Origin: Deltaproteobacteria bacterium
GTDB taxonomy: Bacteria; Myxococcota; Myxococcia; Myxococcales; 40CM-4-68-19
Direction: 5' to 3'
DNA length: 50,798 bases
NCBI GenBank assembly: GCA_005888115.1
Contig: VBKO01000045.1
Location: 1 to 50,798, forward strand
Part shown: one piece after another, positions 1-10,250 of the stretch
How the letters are laid out: every line of letters begins with the position of its first letter
How positions within the stretch are numbered: the stretch's first letter is position 1
The notes under the pieces: model-generated
The model's input: the letters and a program-made list of their open reading frames with translations, nothing else
Databases searched by the model: none
Told to the model about the DNA's origin: nothing
Position numbers and translations under genes: made by a program

Positions 1-856
1 GGCGCCCTCCAGTCCGTTCGACCGCGACCGTTTCGAGCGGGGCGTGCGGGCGCTGCAGGACATGGGCTTCGAGCCGCGCTTCGGGGAGGGAGTGCATGCC
101 CGCCATGCGGGGTACCTGGCGGGTCCCGACACGCGCCGCCTCGACGAGCTTCTCCGCGCCTTGCGCGATCCGTCGGCGCGCGCCATCGTGCTCGCCCGGG
201 GCGGGTACGGCCTGTTGCGCATCGCCCGGAGCATTCCGCCGCAGGAGCCGATCGCGAAGCCGGTGGTGGGCTACAGCGACGCGACCGTCCTGCACGAGCT
301 GTGGTGGCGCGCCAAGATGCCCAGCGTGCACGGCCCCATGTGTACCCAGCTCGCCGACGACGCGACCGCGCTGGCGCGGCTGCGGGCGCTCCTCTACGGC
401 GCCGTGCCCGAGCCGTTGCGCTGGACCGCGCGAACGGTGCGGCCTGGCCGCGCGGAAGGTCCCCTGCGTGGAGGCAACCTGGCGGTCCTCGCGTCGCTGT
501 GCGGCACACCTCTGCAGCCGAGCTTCCGCGAGGCCATCGTCCTGCTCGAGGACCTGAACGAGCCTCCCTACCGCCTGGACCGGCTCTGCACCCAGCTCCT
601 TCTCTCCGGCGCGTTCGAGGGAGCCGTGGGGTTCGTGGTCGGCGACCTCGCGGCCGAAGGGGAGGAGAACGACGGGCGCGACGAAGCCGTCGGGGAGCGC
701 CTCGCCACGCTGGGCGTACCGGTCGTTCTCGGCGGCCCCTTCGGACACGCCGGCCGGAACCAGCCGGTCGCCTTCGGGATCCCGCACACCCTCGACGCCG
801 ACGAGGGCGCGCTCGTCCAGATCGACCCGATGCTGGAAAAGCGCGGCCGCGTCTGA
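1..856 (+). CDS. ldcA: LD-carboxypeptidase (peptidase S66), 5'-truncated by window edge
   Basis: Frame is open from base 2 (APSSPFDRDRFERG...). S66 motifs RGGYG, VGYSDAT, GGNL, LEDLNE and FGH are present. Adjacent to mpl. Confidence 0.85.
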   Translation, partial: APSSPFDRDRFERGVRALQDMGFEPRFGEGVHARHAGYLAGPDTRRLDELLRALRDPSARAIVLARGGYGLLRIARSIPPQEPIAKPVVGYSDATVLHELWWRAKMPSVHGPMCTQLADDATALARLRALLYGAVPEPLRWTARTVRPGRAEGPLRGGNLAVLASLCGTPLQPSFREAIVLLEDLNEPPYRLDRLCTQLLLSGAFEGAVGFVVGDLAAEGEENDGRDEAVGERLATLGVPVVLGGPFGHAGRNQPVAFGIPHTLDADEGALVQIDPMLEKRGRV

Positions 857-880
857 CGCCGTGTTACGGTCCGCGGCGCG

Positions 881-2284
881 ATGAACGTCTACCTTCTCGG
901 CATCGCCGGCACCGGGATGGGCTCGTTCGCGGGCTTGCTGCGCGCCGCCGGCCACCAGGTTTCCGGCTCGGACGAGAACGTCTACCCGCCCATGTCCGAC
1001 AAGCTGGCCGAATGGCGGATCAAGACGTACACGCCGTACGCCGCGGCGAACCTCGAGGCGGCGAAGCCGGACCTGGCCGTGGTCGGGAACGTCATTCGCG
1101 CGGAAAACCCGGAAGCCAAGGCGCTACGGCGGCGCGGCATCCCGCACATGAGCTTCCCCGAAGCGCTCGAGGAGCTGTTTCTTGCTTCGCGCCACCCCGT
1201 CGTCGTCACCGGCACGCATGGGAAGACGACGGCGACCAGCCTGCTCGCGCAGGTGCTGCACCACGCAGGGCGCGATCCGAGCCTGCTGGTCGGAGGCGTG
1301 CCGCTCAACTTCAACGAGGGATTCCGGCTCGGGAAGGGCGAGCACTTCGTCCTCGAAGGCGACGAGTACGACACCGCCTACTTCGACAAGGGGCCCAAGT
1401 TCCTGCACTACCGGCCGCGCACCGCGATCGTCACCGGCGCCGAATTCGATCACGCGGACATCTACCGCGACACTCCGCACTACGAGAGCGCGTTCGAGAA
1501 ATTCTACGCGCTGATGCCGCCCGGCGGTTACGCCGCGGCCTGCTCCACCTTCCCGAACTGGAAGCGGCTCGCCTCGTTCGCGCGCTGCCACGTGGAGAGC
1601 TACAGCTCGAAGGACGGCGCGGAGGCGGACTGGACGGCGCGTCGCGTCTCTCTCGGTCCCGCGGGCGCCTCGTTCGAAGTTGCCTTCCGCGGTTCTCGCG
1701 AGCTCCGCGTCACGCTTCCGGCCGCCGGGCGGCACAACGTGGAGAACGCCCTCGGCGTGTTCGCGGCGTGCCGCGCCCTCGGCCTGCGAGCGGAGGAGAT
1801 CGCGGCGGGCTTCAGCTCCTTCCGCGGAGTGAAGCGCCGGCAAGAGCTGCGCGGAGAGCCGCGCGGCATCGCCGTGATCGACGACTTCGCGCACCACCCG
1901 ACGGCCGTGCGCGAGACGATCGCGGCGGTGGCGGCGCAGTATCCGGGCCGGCGGCTCGTCGCTGTGTTCGAGCCACGCAGCAACACGGCGATGCGCAAGA
2001 TCCACCAGGACGAGTACGCGCATGCCTTCGCCGGAGCGGACGAGGCGCTCATCAGCCAGCCCACCGCCATCGCCAAGGTGCCGGAGTCGGAGCGCGTCGA
2101 CGCCCGGCGGATGGCCGAGGACATCGCCGCGGCAGGTACGCCCGCGCGGTGGATGGAGGGCCCCGACGCGATCGTGGCGCTGCTCGTGCGCGAGGCGCGG
2201 CCGGGCGACGTGATCCTCGCCATGTCGAACGGCAGCTTCGGGGGCCTTCACAAGAAGCTCCTCGACGCCCTGGCGGCGCGATGA
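881..2284 (+). CDS. mpl: Murein peptide ligase (peptidoglycan recycling)
   Basis: LGIAGTGMG, GSDENVYPPMS, GTHGKTT, EGDEYDTAYFDKGPKFLHY, DDFAHHPT, FEPRSNT, MSNGSFGG. Confidence 0.93.
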   Translation: MNVYLLGIAGTGMGSFAGLLRAAGHQVSGSDENVYPPMSDKLAEWRIKTYTPYAAANLEAAKPDLAVVGNVIRAENPEAKALRRRGIPHMSFPEALEELFLASRHPVVVTGTHGKTTATSLLAQVLHHAGRDPSLLVGGVPLNFNEGFRLGKGEHFVLEGDEYDTAYFDKGPKFLHYRPRTAIVTGAEFDHADIYRDTPHYESAFEKFYALMPPGGYAAACSTFPNWKRLASFARCHVESYSSKDGAEADWTARRVSLGPAGASFEVAFRGSRELRVTLPAAGRHNVENALGVFAACRALGLRAEEIAAGFSSFRGVKRRQELRGEPRGIAVIDDFAHHPTAVRETIAAVAAQYPGRRLVAVFEPRSNTAMRKIHQDEYAHAFAGADEALISQPTAIAKVPESERVDARRMAEDIAAAGTPARWMEGPDAIVALLVREARPGDVILAMSNGSFGGLHKKLLDALAAR

Positions 2285-3069
2285 CGCCCGCCGAGCTGGA
2301 GCGCATCTGCGTGGCAGCGGCGCAGGCCGGCGCGCGGGTCCTTCGCGAGCTGTTCGACAAGCCGCGCGAGATCGCCCTCAAGGGGCGCATCGATCTCGTC
2401 ACCGATGCCGATCGCGCGGCGGAAGAGCGCATCCTCGGGCTGCTGCGCGAGCGCGCGCCTGGCGCCGCCGTGCTGGCCGAGGAGAGCGGCGAGAGCGGGC
2501 GCGGCGAGCTGCGCTTCATCGTCGACCCGCTGGACGGCACCACCAACTACGCGCACGGCCTGCCGCTGTTCGCCTGCACGGTCGCCGCGGAAGTCGCGGG
2601 GGAGCTGGTCGCGGGCTGCACCGTCGACCCGATGCGCGCGGAGACGTTCCGCGGACACCGCGGAGGGGGCGCCTTCGTCGGAGCGCGCAGGCTGTCGGTG
2701 TCGAACGCAACCAGCCTGGACGAGGCAGTGGTCTGCACCGGTTTCCCGTATGGGCACCGCAACCACCTGCCCGAGATGGTCGCCGCGTTCGGACGCTTCA
2801 CCGAGCTGGCGCGCGGCACTCGCCGGTTGGGCAGCGCGGCGCTGGACCTGGCCTACGTCGCTGCCGGCCGGCTGGACGTCTTCTGGGAGCAGGGCCTCAA
2901 ACCGTGGGACATCGCCGCCGGCATCGTCATGGTCCGCGAAGCGGGCGGCCTCGCCACCCGCTTCGACGGCTCCCCGCTGGCCATCCCGGACGGCGAGATC
3001 CTCGCCTGCACCCCGTCTCTACGCGATGCCGCCCGCGAGGTCCTGCGCGAAGCCCGTTCCCGCCACTGA
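2281..3069 (+). CDS. suhB: Inositol monophosphatase family protein
   Basis: ATG overlaps the mpl stop (ATGA). Motifs DLVTDAD, EE, DPLDGTTNYAHG, GSAALDLAYVAAG, WDIAAG. C-terminal part of ORF 301..3069. Confidence 0.9.
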   Translation: MTPAELERICVAAAQAGARVLRELFDKPREIALKGRIDLVTDADRAAEERILGLLRERAPGAAVLAEESGESGRGELRFIVDPLDGTTNYAHGLPLFACTVAAEVAGELVAGCTVDPMRAETFRGHRGGGAFVGARRLSVSNATSLDEAVVCTGFPYGHRNHLPEMVAAFGRFTELARGTRRLGSAALDLAYVAAGRLDVFWEQGLKPWDIAAGIVMVREAGGLATRFDGSPLAIPDGEILACTPSLRDAAREVLREARSRH

Positions 3070-3108
3070 CGGGGACTGGAAGCGCTTCGCGGGAAACGCA
3101 GTCGGTCC

Positions 3109-3663
3109 TTACTTCGACTGGTACGAGGCGGGGATGGCCGTCAGGTCGTCGCGGCGGTTCTGGCGCCAGGCTTCCTCGTCGTGGCCGGCGGCCTTCGGCT
3201 TCTGGTCTCCAAAGCTGATCGCCGTGAGCTGCCTGTCGTGCGCCCCCATCGACGTCAGGTAACGCTTGGCCGCGTCCGCGCGGCGCTGCCCGAGGGCGAG
3301 GTTGTACTGCTCGGAGCCGCGCTCATCGCAGTTCCCCTCGATGCGCACCTTCAGGTCCGGGTACTTCGCCAGCACGGTGCCGACGGCCGAGAGCTTGTCC
3401 TTCGCCTCGCTCGTCAGCGTCGACGAATCGAACTCGAAGAAGACGCTCACGTTGCGCAGCGCCTCCATGGCCCTCTCCAGCTCGGCCTGGCCCTGGGCGT
3501 TGTTGGTATCGGTCGCCGGAGCGGGCTTCGCCGCCTCCACGGCGGGCTTCGCCTCCGCGTTGTTCGCCTGCGCGTCGGGCTTGGGCTGCGCGCCGGAGCA
3601 GGCCGTGAGACCGGCGGCGAGCGAGATCGAAATCACGTGATCAGTCAGCTTCTTGAACCGCAT
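3109..3663 (-). CDS. pal: Peptidoglycan-associated lipoprotein (OmpA family)
   Basis: Lipobox LTAC, FEFDSS, IEGNCDERGSEQYNLALGQRRA, SFGDQKP, NRR. GAGGAGG Shine-Dalgarno upstream. Confidence 0.88.
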   Translation of the reverse strand: MRFKKLTDHVISISLAAGLTACSGAQPKPDAQANNAEAKPAVEAAKPAPATDTNNAQGQAELERAMEALRNVSVFFEFDSSTLTSEAKDKLSAVGTVLAKYPDLKVRIEGNCDERGSEQYNLALGQRRADAAKRYLTSMGAHDRQLTAISFGDQKPKAAGHDEEAWRQNRRDDLTAIPASYQSK

Positions 3664-3922
3664 GAGGTCCTCCTCGGGGTGACGCGCCTTGGAACATCGC
3701 GCTGCGCTGTTCTATGCCAACGCTGTCTCGCATATACTTTGCCCTCAAACAATACCACTCGCGAAACCCCCGGGCTCATACATCGCCCCACACGGACTCC
3801 CTGCGCAAGTGTGCGGGATCGCTCGCTTCGCGCCAGCGCTGCCGCCAGACTCGACCTCGGAAGCGCTGCGCTCCGAAAGGCGTAGCGCCGCCCCATCCGC
3901 GGCGGCTAGGCTCGGCACAGGC

Positions 3923-5263
3923 GTGGAGCGGCGCACCAGACTGCAGGCAGGACTTGCCCTGACGGGCGTGCTGCTCGGGACGATGCTGCAGGCGGTCGAC
4001 GGCAGCATCGTCAACGTCGCCATCCCGCAGATCCAGAACGAGCTCGGGGCCTCGCTGGCTACCGTCGGCTGGGTAGTGACCGGGTACGCGCTGGCCAGCC
4101 TGATCGCGATGCCGCTCTCCGCTGGCGTCGCCGCGCGCGTAGGCGTGCGGGCGTACTTCGTCGCCCAGGTGGCGACCTTCACCCTCGCCTCCGTCGCCTG
4201 CGCCGCCTCGCGAAGCGCCCCGACCCTCATCGCCTTCCGCATCCTGCAGGGGTTCTCGGCCGGCGGGCTGTTGCCGCTCTCGCAGGGCATCCTCATGTCG
4301 CTCTATCCGGGCGAGCGCCGCGGGACCGCGGTCGCCCTGGTGGGCGTGGCCGCCGTGCTGGGCCCGCTCTTCGGGCCGCCCCTGGGAGGCGTGCTCACCG
4401 ACCACTTCGGATGGCCGACGATCTTCTGGGTCAACGTCCCGCTGGGCCTTTTGAGCCTGCTCTTGCTGCGCAATCTCCAGGTGCAGCCCGCTCCCCGCCC
4501 CGAGGGCTTGGATCTGCGCGGCGCGACGCTCCTCGCGGCGGCGCTCATCTCGCTGCAGCTCGGTTGCGCGCACCGGGCGTGGCTGCTCGCCCCCGCACTG
4601 CTTTTCGGCTGGCTCTTCGTCAAGCGCGAGCGCACCGCCCGTTCTCCGGCGGTCGACCTGTCGGTGCTGCGATACCGTCCCTTGGCCGGCACCCTGGCCG
4701 CGGCGCCGCTGTACGGCATCGGCCTGTATGCGAGCATCTTCCTCATCCCCTTGCTGTTCGAGCGCCAGCTCTCGATGACGGCCGCGACGACGGGCCTCGC
4801 CCTGGCGGTCGGCGCGGTGACGAGCGGCGTCCTGATCGTCTGCGCGCAGCCGCTCCTCTCGCGGTTTCGCGCCCGCTCGCTGTGCGCCGCGGGAGCGGTG
4901 CTGTTCGCGCTGGCCATGCTGCTCCTGGCGCGGATCGCGCTGCGCTCCTCGGGCGACGTGTACTTCCCTCAAGCCCTCCGCGGCGCCGGGACGGGCCTCC
5001 TGTACATCGGCATGAACGGATTCGCGTTCGAGGGGATCGACGGCCACGATCTCTCCACCTCGGCGAGCCTGTTCTACATGCTGCGCCAGTTGGGCGGCAC
5101 CGCGGGCGTCGCCCTCGCCGCCTCCGCGCTGGACGGATTCGGGCAGACCGGAATGGTTGCGGCGCTGGTGGTGCTGGCAGTGGCCGCGCCGCTCTCGCTG
5201 GTCCCGATGGCTGCTGCGAACCGCCGCGCGAGCGCCGAGGAGCAGGCGCGCGTCAGCGCGTGA
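3923..5263 (+). CDS. MFS transporter, DHA2 (EmrB/QacA-like)
   Basis: DGSIVNVAIP, FRILQG, GPPLGG, WPTIFWVNVPLG, many TM helices. GTG 3923 chosen as start over 3689. Confidence 0.85.
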   Translation: MERRTRLQAGLALTGVLLGTMLQAVDGSIVNVAIPQIQNELGASLATVGWVVTGYALASLIAMPLSAGVAARVGVRAYFVAQVATFTLASVACAASRSAPTLIAFRILQGFSAGGLLPLSQGILMSLYPGERRGTAVALVGVAAVLGPLFGPPLGGVLTDHFGWPTIFWVNVPLGLLSLLLLRNLQVQPAPRPEGLDLRGATLLAAALISLQLGCAHRAWLLAPALLFGWLFVKRERTARSPAVDLSVLRYRPLAGTLAAAPLYGIGLYASIFLIPLLFERQLSMTAATTGLALAVGAVTSGVLIVCAQPLLSRFRARSLCAAGAVLFALAMLLLARIALRSSGDVYFPQALRGAGTGLLYIGMNGFAFEGIDGHDLSTSASLFYMLRQLGGTAGVALAASALDGFGQTGMVAALVVLAVAAPLSLVPMAAANRRASAEEQARVSA

Positions 5264-6032
5264 CCGCGAGGTATACGCCGATGGCGATGCCCACGCAGGC
5301 CGCGACCCCGCGCAGCGCCGTTGCTGGGAGCCGGCGCGCCACCCGCACTCCCGCCCAGCCCCCGACGACCGATCCGAGCGCGAGAGGAAGCGCGGCGTGG
5401 AAGTCGAGCGCTCCGGTGGGGTGCAGCGCTTCCAGCGCGATGAAGGTGAGCGCCGCCACCGCGTTGTTGATCATCGCGTTCAGGATGCGGAGCGCATTCA
5501 GCTCCCCGATCGGCCGCGGCAAGAGGAGCCCCATCGCGGCAAGAAACGGGATGCCCTGGGCGGCGCCGAAGTAGCCGCCGTAAATCGATACTCCGAACGG
5601 GACCACGACCGTCGCGGCGGGGTACCCATGTTCCGGGCGGTGCCGCGCCAGCCACCGGTTCACCAGCGGCTGGACCGCGATCAGGACTGCCGAGACGACC
5701 AGGAGCCACGGGACGACGCGGGCGAAGACGCGCCCGCCCAGGCTGAGCAGCAGCCACGCACCCAGCACGCCGCCCAGCGCCGACGGGAGGAGCTGGCGGC
5801 GCGCATCGCGCCGCAGGCCGGCGGACAGCTCGCGCCAGTACCCACCGGTAGATGCGATGATCCCGGGGAGCAGGCCCACCGTGCAGGTCGTATTCGCTAC
5901 CAGGGGGGAGAGATGCGCGACGCCGATGAGCACCGGAAACGCGAGCAGGGTCCCGCCGCCGGCCGCGGCATTCACGCTGCCGGCCAGGAGGCCGGCCAGG
6001 AAGATCCACAGGTCCGTCGGCACGGCCCGCAT
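5253..6032 (-). CDS. TauE/SafE (sulfite exporter) family membrane protein
   Basis: AGSVNAAAGGGTLLAFP, ANTT, YGGYFGAAQG. Confidence 0.88.
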   Translation of the reverse strand: MRAVPTDLWIFLAGLLAGSVNAAAGGGTLLAFPVLIGVAHLSPLVANTTCTVGLLPGIIASTGGYWRELSAGLRRDARRQLLPSALGGVLGAWLLLSLGGRVFARVVPWLLVVSAVLIAVQPLVNRWLARHRPEHGYPAATVVVPFGVSIYGGYFGAAQGIPFLAAMGLLLPRPIGELNALRILNAMINNAVAALTFIALEALHPTGALDFHAALPLALGSVVGGWAGVRVARRLPATALRGVAACVGIAIGVYLAVTR

Positions 6033-6100
6033 CCTCGCTCAACGCGCGGAAAACGGAAGCTCCGCGAGTGAGGAGTCGCGGGAGGACCTGCGCCGATCCC

Positions 6101-6382
6101 TCAGACGGTGCGGCGGCGGCCGCCCGCGAGCGCCAGGTAGGCCCAGAGGACGATGATCGCGCCGATGATCGACGAGATCCAGCCGCCGGGCGTGAAGCCC
6201 CAGCTGCCGTCCGCGGCCGATCGGTTGCCGAACAGCGCGTGCCCGATGAGTCCGCCCACCAGCGAGCCGACCATGCCCAGCACGGCGGTAGAGAGCCAGC
6301 CCATCTGCTGGCGGCCCGGAAAGACGGCCCGGGCGATGAGGCCGATGACGAGGCCGAAGATCAGGAATCCAATGATGCTCAT
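6101..6382 (-). CDS. GlsB/YeaQ/YmgE family small membrane protein
   Basis: MSIIGFLIFGLVIGLIARAVFPG...GMVGSLVGG...SIIGAIIVL; GGGGAG SD upstream. Confidence 0.85.
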   Translation of the reverse strand: MSIIGFLIFGLVIGLIARAVFPGRQQMGWLSTAVLGMVGSLVGGLIGHALFGNRSAADGSWGFTPGGWISSIIGAIIVLWAYLALAGGRRRTV

Positions 6383-6485
6383 GCGTGCTTCTCCCCGAAG
6401 AGGTCTGGCCACAACGTATGCACGGCGAGTACGCCCCCGCCTGCCCGCGCGGCCGGAGGGCGTCGGCGGGCGGTGCGGCAGGACC

Positions 6486-7019
6486 TCAGCGCACCCGCAC
6501 GGCGTAGCGCAAACGCGCGATCGCGATGAGCGCGAGTCCGATCGCCGCGCCCAGTACCCAGCCCGCGACCACGTCGGACGGGTAGTGCACCCCGAGGTAG
6601 ACCCGGGAGACGCCCACCAGCAGCGCGATAGCCAGGGCGAGCGGTGCGAGCGCCGGCGCCGCCCAGCTGACCACGGCGGCAGCGGCCGCTGTGTCCGCCG
6701 CGTGCGCGGAGGGGAACGACTTGCCCGATCCACAGCCAAGCGGCGCGCGGACAGAAGCGAGCGAGTGGCACGGCCGCTCGCGGTCGATGGCCGGCTTCAC
6801 CACGCGCACGGAAACCAGGTCGGCGACACCCACTGCGACGAGGAGGAGCGCGGCCGCCACCCAGCGATGCGGGGAACGCACGCCCAGGTACACGGCGAAC
6901 GCGGCGGCGAGCGTCAGCAACAGACCGCGATTCGACGCTGCCGCCATGACGTGGTCCAGCGCCGGCGACGCATGGTCGTTGACCAGGCGCAAGAACTGGA
7001 GATCCAAGGGCGACGCCAC
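6486..7019 (-). CDS. PAP2 family phosphatase
   Basis: KPAIDRERP, SFPSAH and SRVYLGVHYPSD motifs; GTG start inferred. Confidence 0.88.
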   Translation of the reverse strand: MASPLDLQFLRLVNDHASPALDHVMAAASNRGLLLTLAAAFAVYLGVRSPHRWVAAALLLVAVGVADLVSVRVVKPAIDRERPCHSLASVRAPLGCGSGKSFPSAHAADTAAAAAVVSWAAPALAPLALAIALLVGVSRVYLGVHYPSDVVAGWVLGAAIGLALIAIARLRYAVRVR

Positions 7020-7118
7020 GTCCGGGACGGTATCATGCCGGCGCCTGCCCGCTCGCCTGCCGCCGCGCGGCGAGCCGTGAGGCGATCTCGGTGATACACA
7101 AAGCGGCAGGAGGTGCCG

Positions 7119-7397
7119 ATGGCGCGGATGGTGAAGTGCGTCAAGCTCCAGCGCGAGCTGCCCGGCCTGGAGTTCAAACCGTTCCCCAACGACCTGGGGC
7201 AGCGCATCTACGAGAGCGTCTCCCAGGAGGCCTGGAAGATGTGGCTGGAGCATTTCAAGATGATCATGAACGAGTACCGGCTCGCCGGCGGAAGCGAGCA
7301 GGCGAACCAGATCCTCTTCGACCAGGCGGAGAAGTACTTCTTCGGGGAAGGCGCGGCGCTCCCGCCCGACTACAAGCCGCCGCAGGCCAAGGGGTAG
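7119..7397 (+). CDS. yggX: Oxidative damage protection / Fe(II) trafficking protein
   Basis: [17 protein letters not shown]...[16 protein letters not shown]...NEYRL; AGGAGG SD. Confidence 0.92.
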   Translation: MARMVKCVKLQRELPGLEFKPFPNDLGQRIYESVSQEAWKMWLEHFKMIMNEYRLAGGSEQANQILFDQAEKYFFGEGAALPPDYKPPQAKG

Positions 7398-7398
7398 G

Positions 7399-8793
7399 GT
7401 GCGGAACCGCGGCGACATCCTCGTCGTGTCCTGCTACGAGCTCGGGCGGCAGCCGGTGGCGGCGGCGACCGCATTGGCCGAGCTGCGACGGGCGGGATTC
7501 GCGCCGGCCGCACTGGACGTGTCCGTGGAAGCCGTCGACGACGAAGTCCTCAGGCGCGCCAGCCTGGTCGCCATCTCGGTGCCGATGCACACCGCGCTGC
7601 GGCTCGGAGTACGCGTGGCGCAGCGCGCGCGAGAGGACGCCCACGTCTGCTTCTTCGGGGTGTACGCGCAGCTCAACGCGGAGCACCTGCTGGATCGGCA
7701 CGCGGACTCGGTCATCGGCGCCGAGGCCGACGTGCCGCTGCGCCTGCTCGCCGAGGCGCTGGAGCGCGACGATACCGCGGCGGTGCCCGGCGTGCGCACC
7801 GCGGGCGCAGCGCCGCTGCCTGCGCGCGAGAAGCTCGCTCCAGCGGTGCCCAGCCGCGCTGGGCTCCCCGTGCTCGACCGGTACGCGCGGCTGGAGATCG
7901 AAGCCGAAACGCGGCTCGTCGCTTCCGTCGAGGCGTCGCGCGGCTGCAAGCATTCGTGCCGCCATTGCCCGATCGTGCCGGTGTACCGCGGGCATTTCGT
8001 CGCGGTGCCGCGCGACACGGTATTGGGGGACATCGAGCAGCAGATCGAAGCGGGGGCGCGCCACGTCACCTTCGGAGACCCGGATTTCCTCAACGGGCCT
8101 ACGCATGCGCTGCGCGTGGTGCGCGAGCTGCACGCCCGCTGGCCGGACGCCACGTTCGACGCGACGATCAAGATTGAGCACCTCCTGCAGCACCGCGAAA
8201 TCCTGGCGGAGCTGGCCGCTTGCGGTTGCCTGTTCATCACCAGCGCCGTCGAGTCGCTCAACGACTCGGTGCTCCTGGCGCTCCGGAAGGGCCACACGGC
8301 GGCCGACGTCCCGGTCGCCTTGCGGCTGGTCCGGGCGGCGGGGATCGATCTGCGGCCCACGCTGTTGCCCTACACGCCCTGGACCGCGCTGGGCGACGTG
8401 GCCGAGTTGTTCGAGTTCGCGGTGCAGCACGACCTCGTCGAACAGATCGACCCGGTCCAGTACACGCTCCGGCTGCTCATTCCGCCGGGGTCGGCGATCC
8501 TGGACGGCGACGAGCCGCGTCCGTGGCTGCGGACGTTCGAGCCCGATCAGTTCGGCTGGAGCTGGACCCACCCGGACCCGCGCGTCGACGAGCTGTGGCG
8601 CGCGTCGGCCGCGCTGGCCAAGGCGCAGGTGGAAGCCGGGGCGGATCCGATGGACACCTTCCGCAAGCTGCGCGCACTCGCCGATCCGCAGCCGCACGAG
8701 GCTCCCAGGCGCGCTTCCCGCAAGGTGCCGCGGCTCACCGAGCCGTGGTTCTGTTGAACGGAGCCCACCACCGGCCAGGTCGGCCGGACCTAG
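7399..8793 (+). CDS. CUAEP/CCAEP-tail radical SAM selenoprotein (UGA 8755-8757 read as Sec; tail WFC-U-TEPTTGQVGRT)
   Basis: SCYELGRQP N-terminus, ISVPMHTA, CKHSCRHC, TFGDPDFLN. The frame continues past TGA as TEP... to TAG 8791-8793, and a SECIS-like hairpin follows the UGA. Confidence 0.85.
8755..8787 (+). promoter_or_regulatory. Bacterial SECIS element
   Basis: TGA, a 13-nt spacer, then CCGGCC-AGGTC-GGCCGG (8771-8787). The loop resembles the AGGUCU apical loop of the E. coli fdhF SECIS. Confidence 0.75.
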
Positions 8794-8802
8794 AAATGCG
8801 GT

Positions 8803-10053
8803 TCAGCGGGGGCGGGCCGTGGGGAGCTTGGGGTCGAGAAGCGGTTCGATGAAGGAGCCGGCACGGCGCAGCGCCGATTCCACTTCCGCGGGTGTTTCGC
8901 CGCGGGCGAAGGCGAAGCCCAGGTAGCTGGCGCCCTCGGGGAGTGGGACCAGCTCCTCGTCGGCGTGCGCGGTGACCACCACGTCGGTGACGCCGGGCAC
9001 GGCCCGTGCCTCGGCAAGGCCGCGCACCTCGCGCAGGACGCCGCCGCGGCGGATAGGCAGCATCAGCACGCCCGACGCCGCGTTCTCCCGGACCAGCACG
9101 GGTGGGCCGCCCAGCGCGTGCAAAAGGAGCAGCTCCTCCAGGGTGACTCCCACGCCGAAACGCAGCGCGCGGCCGCAGAGGCCGCCGATCGATCGCGCCG
9201 CCACTTCGAGGATACGCGGTCCGTCCCCGGTCAGCCGCAGCTCGGCGTGGATGGGCCCGTGCGTGAGCCCTAGCGCTCGCGCCGCCGAAGCCGTCGCGCG
9301 CGCCACCGCTTGCTGCAGCTCCTCGGGATGACGCGACGGGGTGACGTAGAGGGTCTCCTCGAAGTACGGACCGTCCAGCGGGTCCGGCTTGTCGAACAGC
9401 GCCAGGACGGTCAGCTCCCCTCGCGTCAGCAGCCCTTCCACGGCCACTTCGGGGCCGGGGAGGAACTCCTCGACCAGGACGCTCGCGAGCTCAGCGTCGC
9501 GCCGGACGGCCACTTGCGGCGACCGGAGCAGCCGGCCGACGCGATCCAGTGCGGCTTGAAGCTCCGCTGGGCCGTCCGCCCGGATCACGCCGCGGCTTGC
9601 CGACAACACCAGAGGCTTTACCACGCAGGGAAAAGGCACGCCGTCCGGGATCGGGCCGCCCAGCTGCACGACCTGGAAGCGCGGCACAGGCACGCCGGCG
9701 TTGCGCAGTCGTTCCCGGGAGAGGCGCTTGTTCCGCGCCGCCTCGACCGCTTCAGGTGGGTCGTGGAGCAATCCGAGCAGCCGGGCTGCGCGCGCGGCGA
9801 TGACGGCCGTCTGATCGTCGGTGCCGAGCACGGCCACGGGTTTGCGCGGGCGGACGGCCTCGGCGAGGGACCGCGCCGCGCCGTCGGGGTCGGTGAAGTC
9901 CAGCGGGAGCGAGCCCTCCGTCCACTGCTCGGCGAGGACGTGGCACCGGTCCGAGGCCACGAACAGGTCGACGCCCACACGCGCGGCGGCCGCGAGCAGA
10001 TCGTCGCCGCGGTAGCTGCTCTGCGGCAGGAGCACGGCGACGCAAGGGCGCAT
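8803..10053 (-). CDS. ATP-grasp domain protein (amino-acid ligase-like)
   Basis: [45 protein letters not shown]. Confidence 0.88.
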   Translation of the reverse strand: MRPCVAVLLPQSSYRGDDLLAAAARVGVDLFVASDRCHVLAEQWTEGSLPLDFTDPDGAARSLAEAVRPRKPVAVLGTDDQTAVIAARAARLLGLLHDPPEAVEAARNKRLSRERLRNAGVPVPRFQVVQLGGPIPDGVPFPCVVKPLVLSASRGVIRADGPAELQAALDRVGRLLRSPQVAVRRDAELASVLVEEFLPGPEVAVEGLLTRGELTVLALFDKPDPLDGPYFEETLYVTPSRHPEELQQAVARATASAARALGLTHGPIHAELRLTGDGPRILEVAARSIGGLCGRALRFGVGVTLEELLLLHALGGPPVLVRENAASGVLMLPIRRGGVLREVRGLAEARAVPGVTDVVVTAHADEELVPLPEGASYLGFAFARGETPAEVESALRRAGSFIEPLLDPKLPTARPR

Positions 10054-10250
10054 TGCAGCAGCATAACGGCGCTGTCCCGCGCAAACGAGCGACCCGGACA
10101 ATCGGTCGGGTGCCGGCGCCGAGCGATCCGCCGAAAAGCCAACGCGTTTCCGGCGGCGCCTCGCCGCGTTCGAGGCGTCTCGGTCAGGGATCCGACTGGC
10201 GCGCCGTCGCGCTCCGCGTATCGGTCGTACACGACCTCCGGAGAGAACCC

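Noticed and set aside
3700-3722. TTGGCAT upstream of pal as a sigma-54 promoter
   Set aside because: GG-to-GC spacing is 9 rather than 10 nt, and TTGC is absent.
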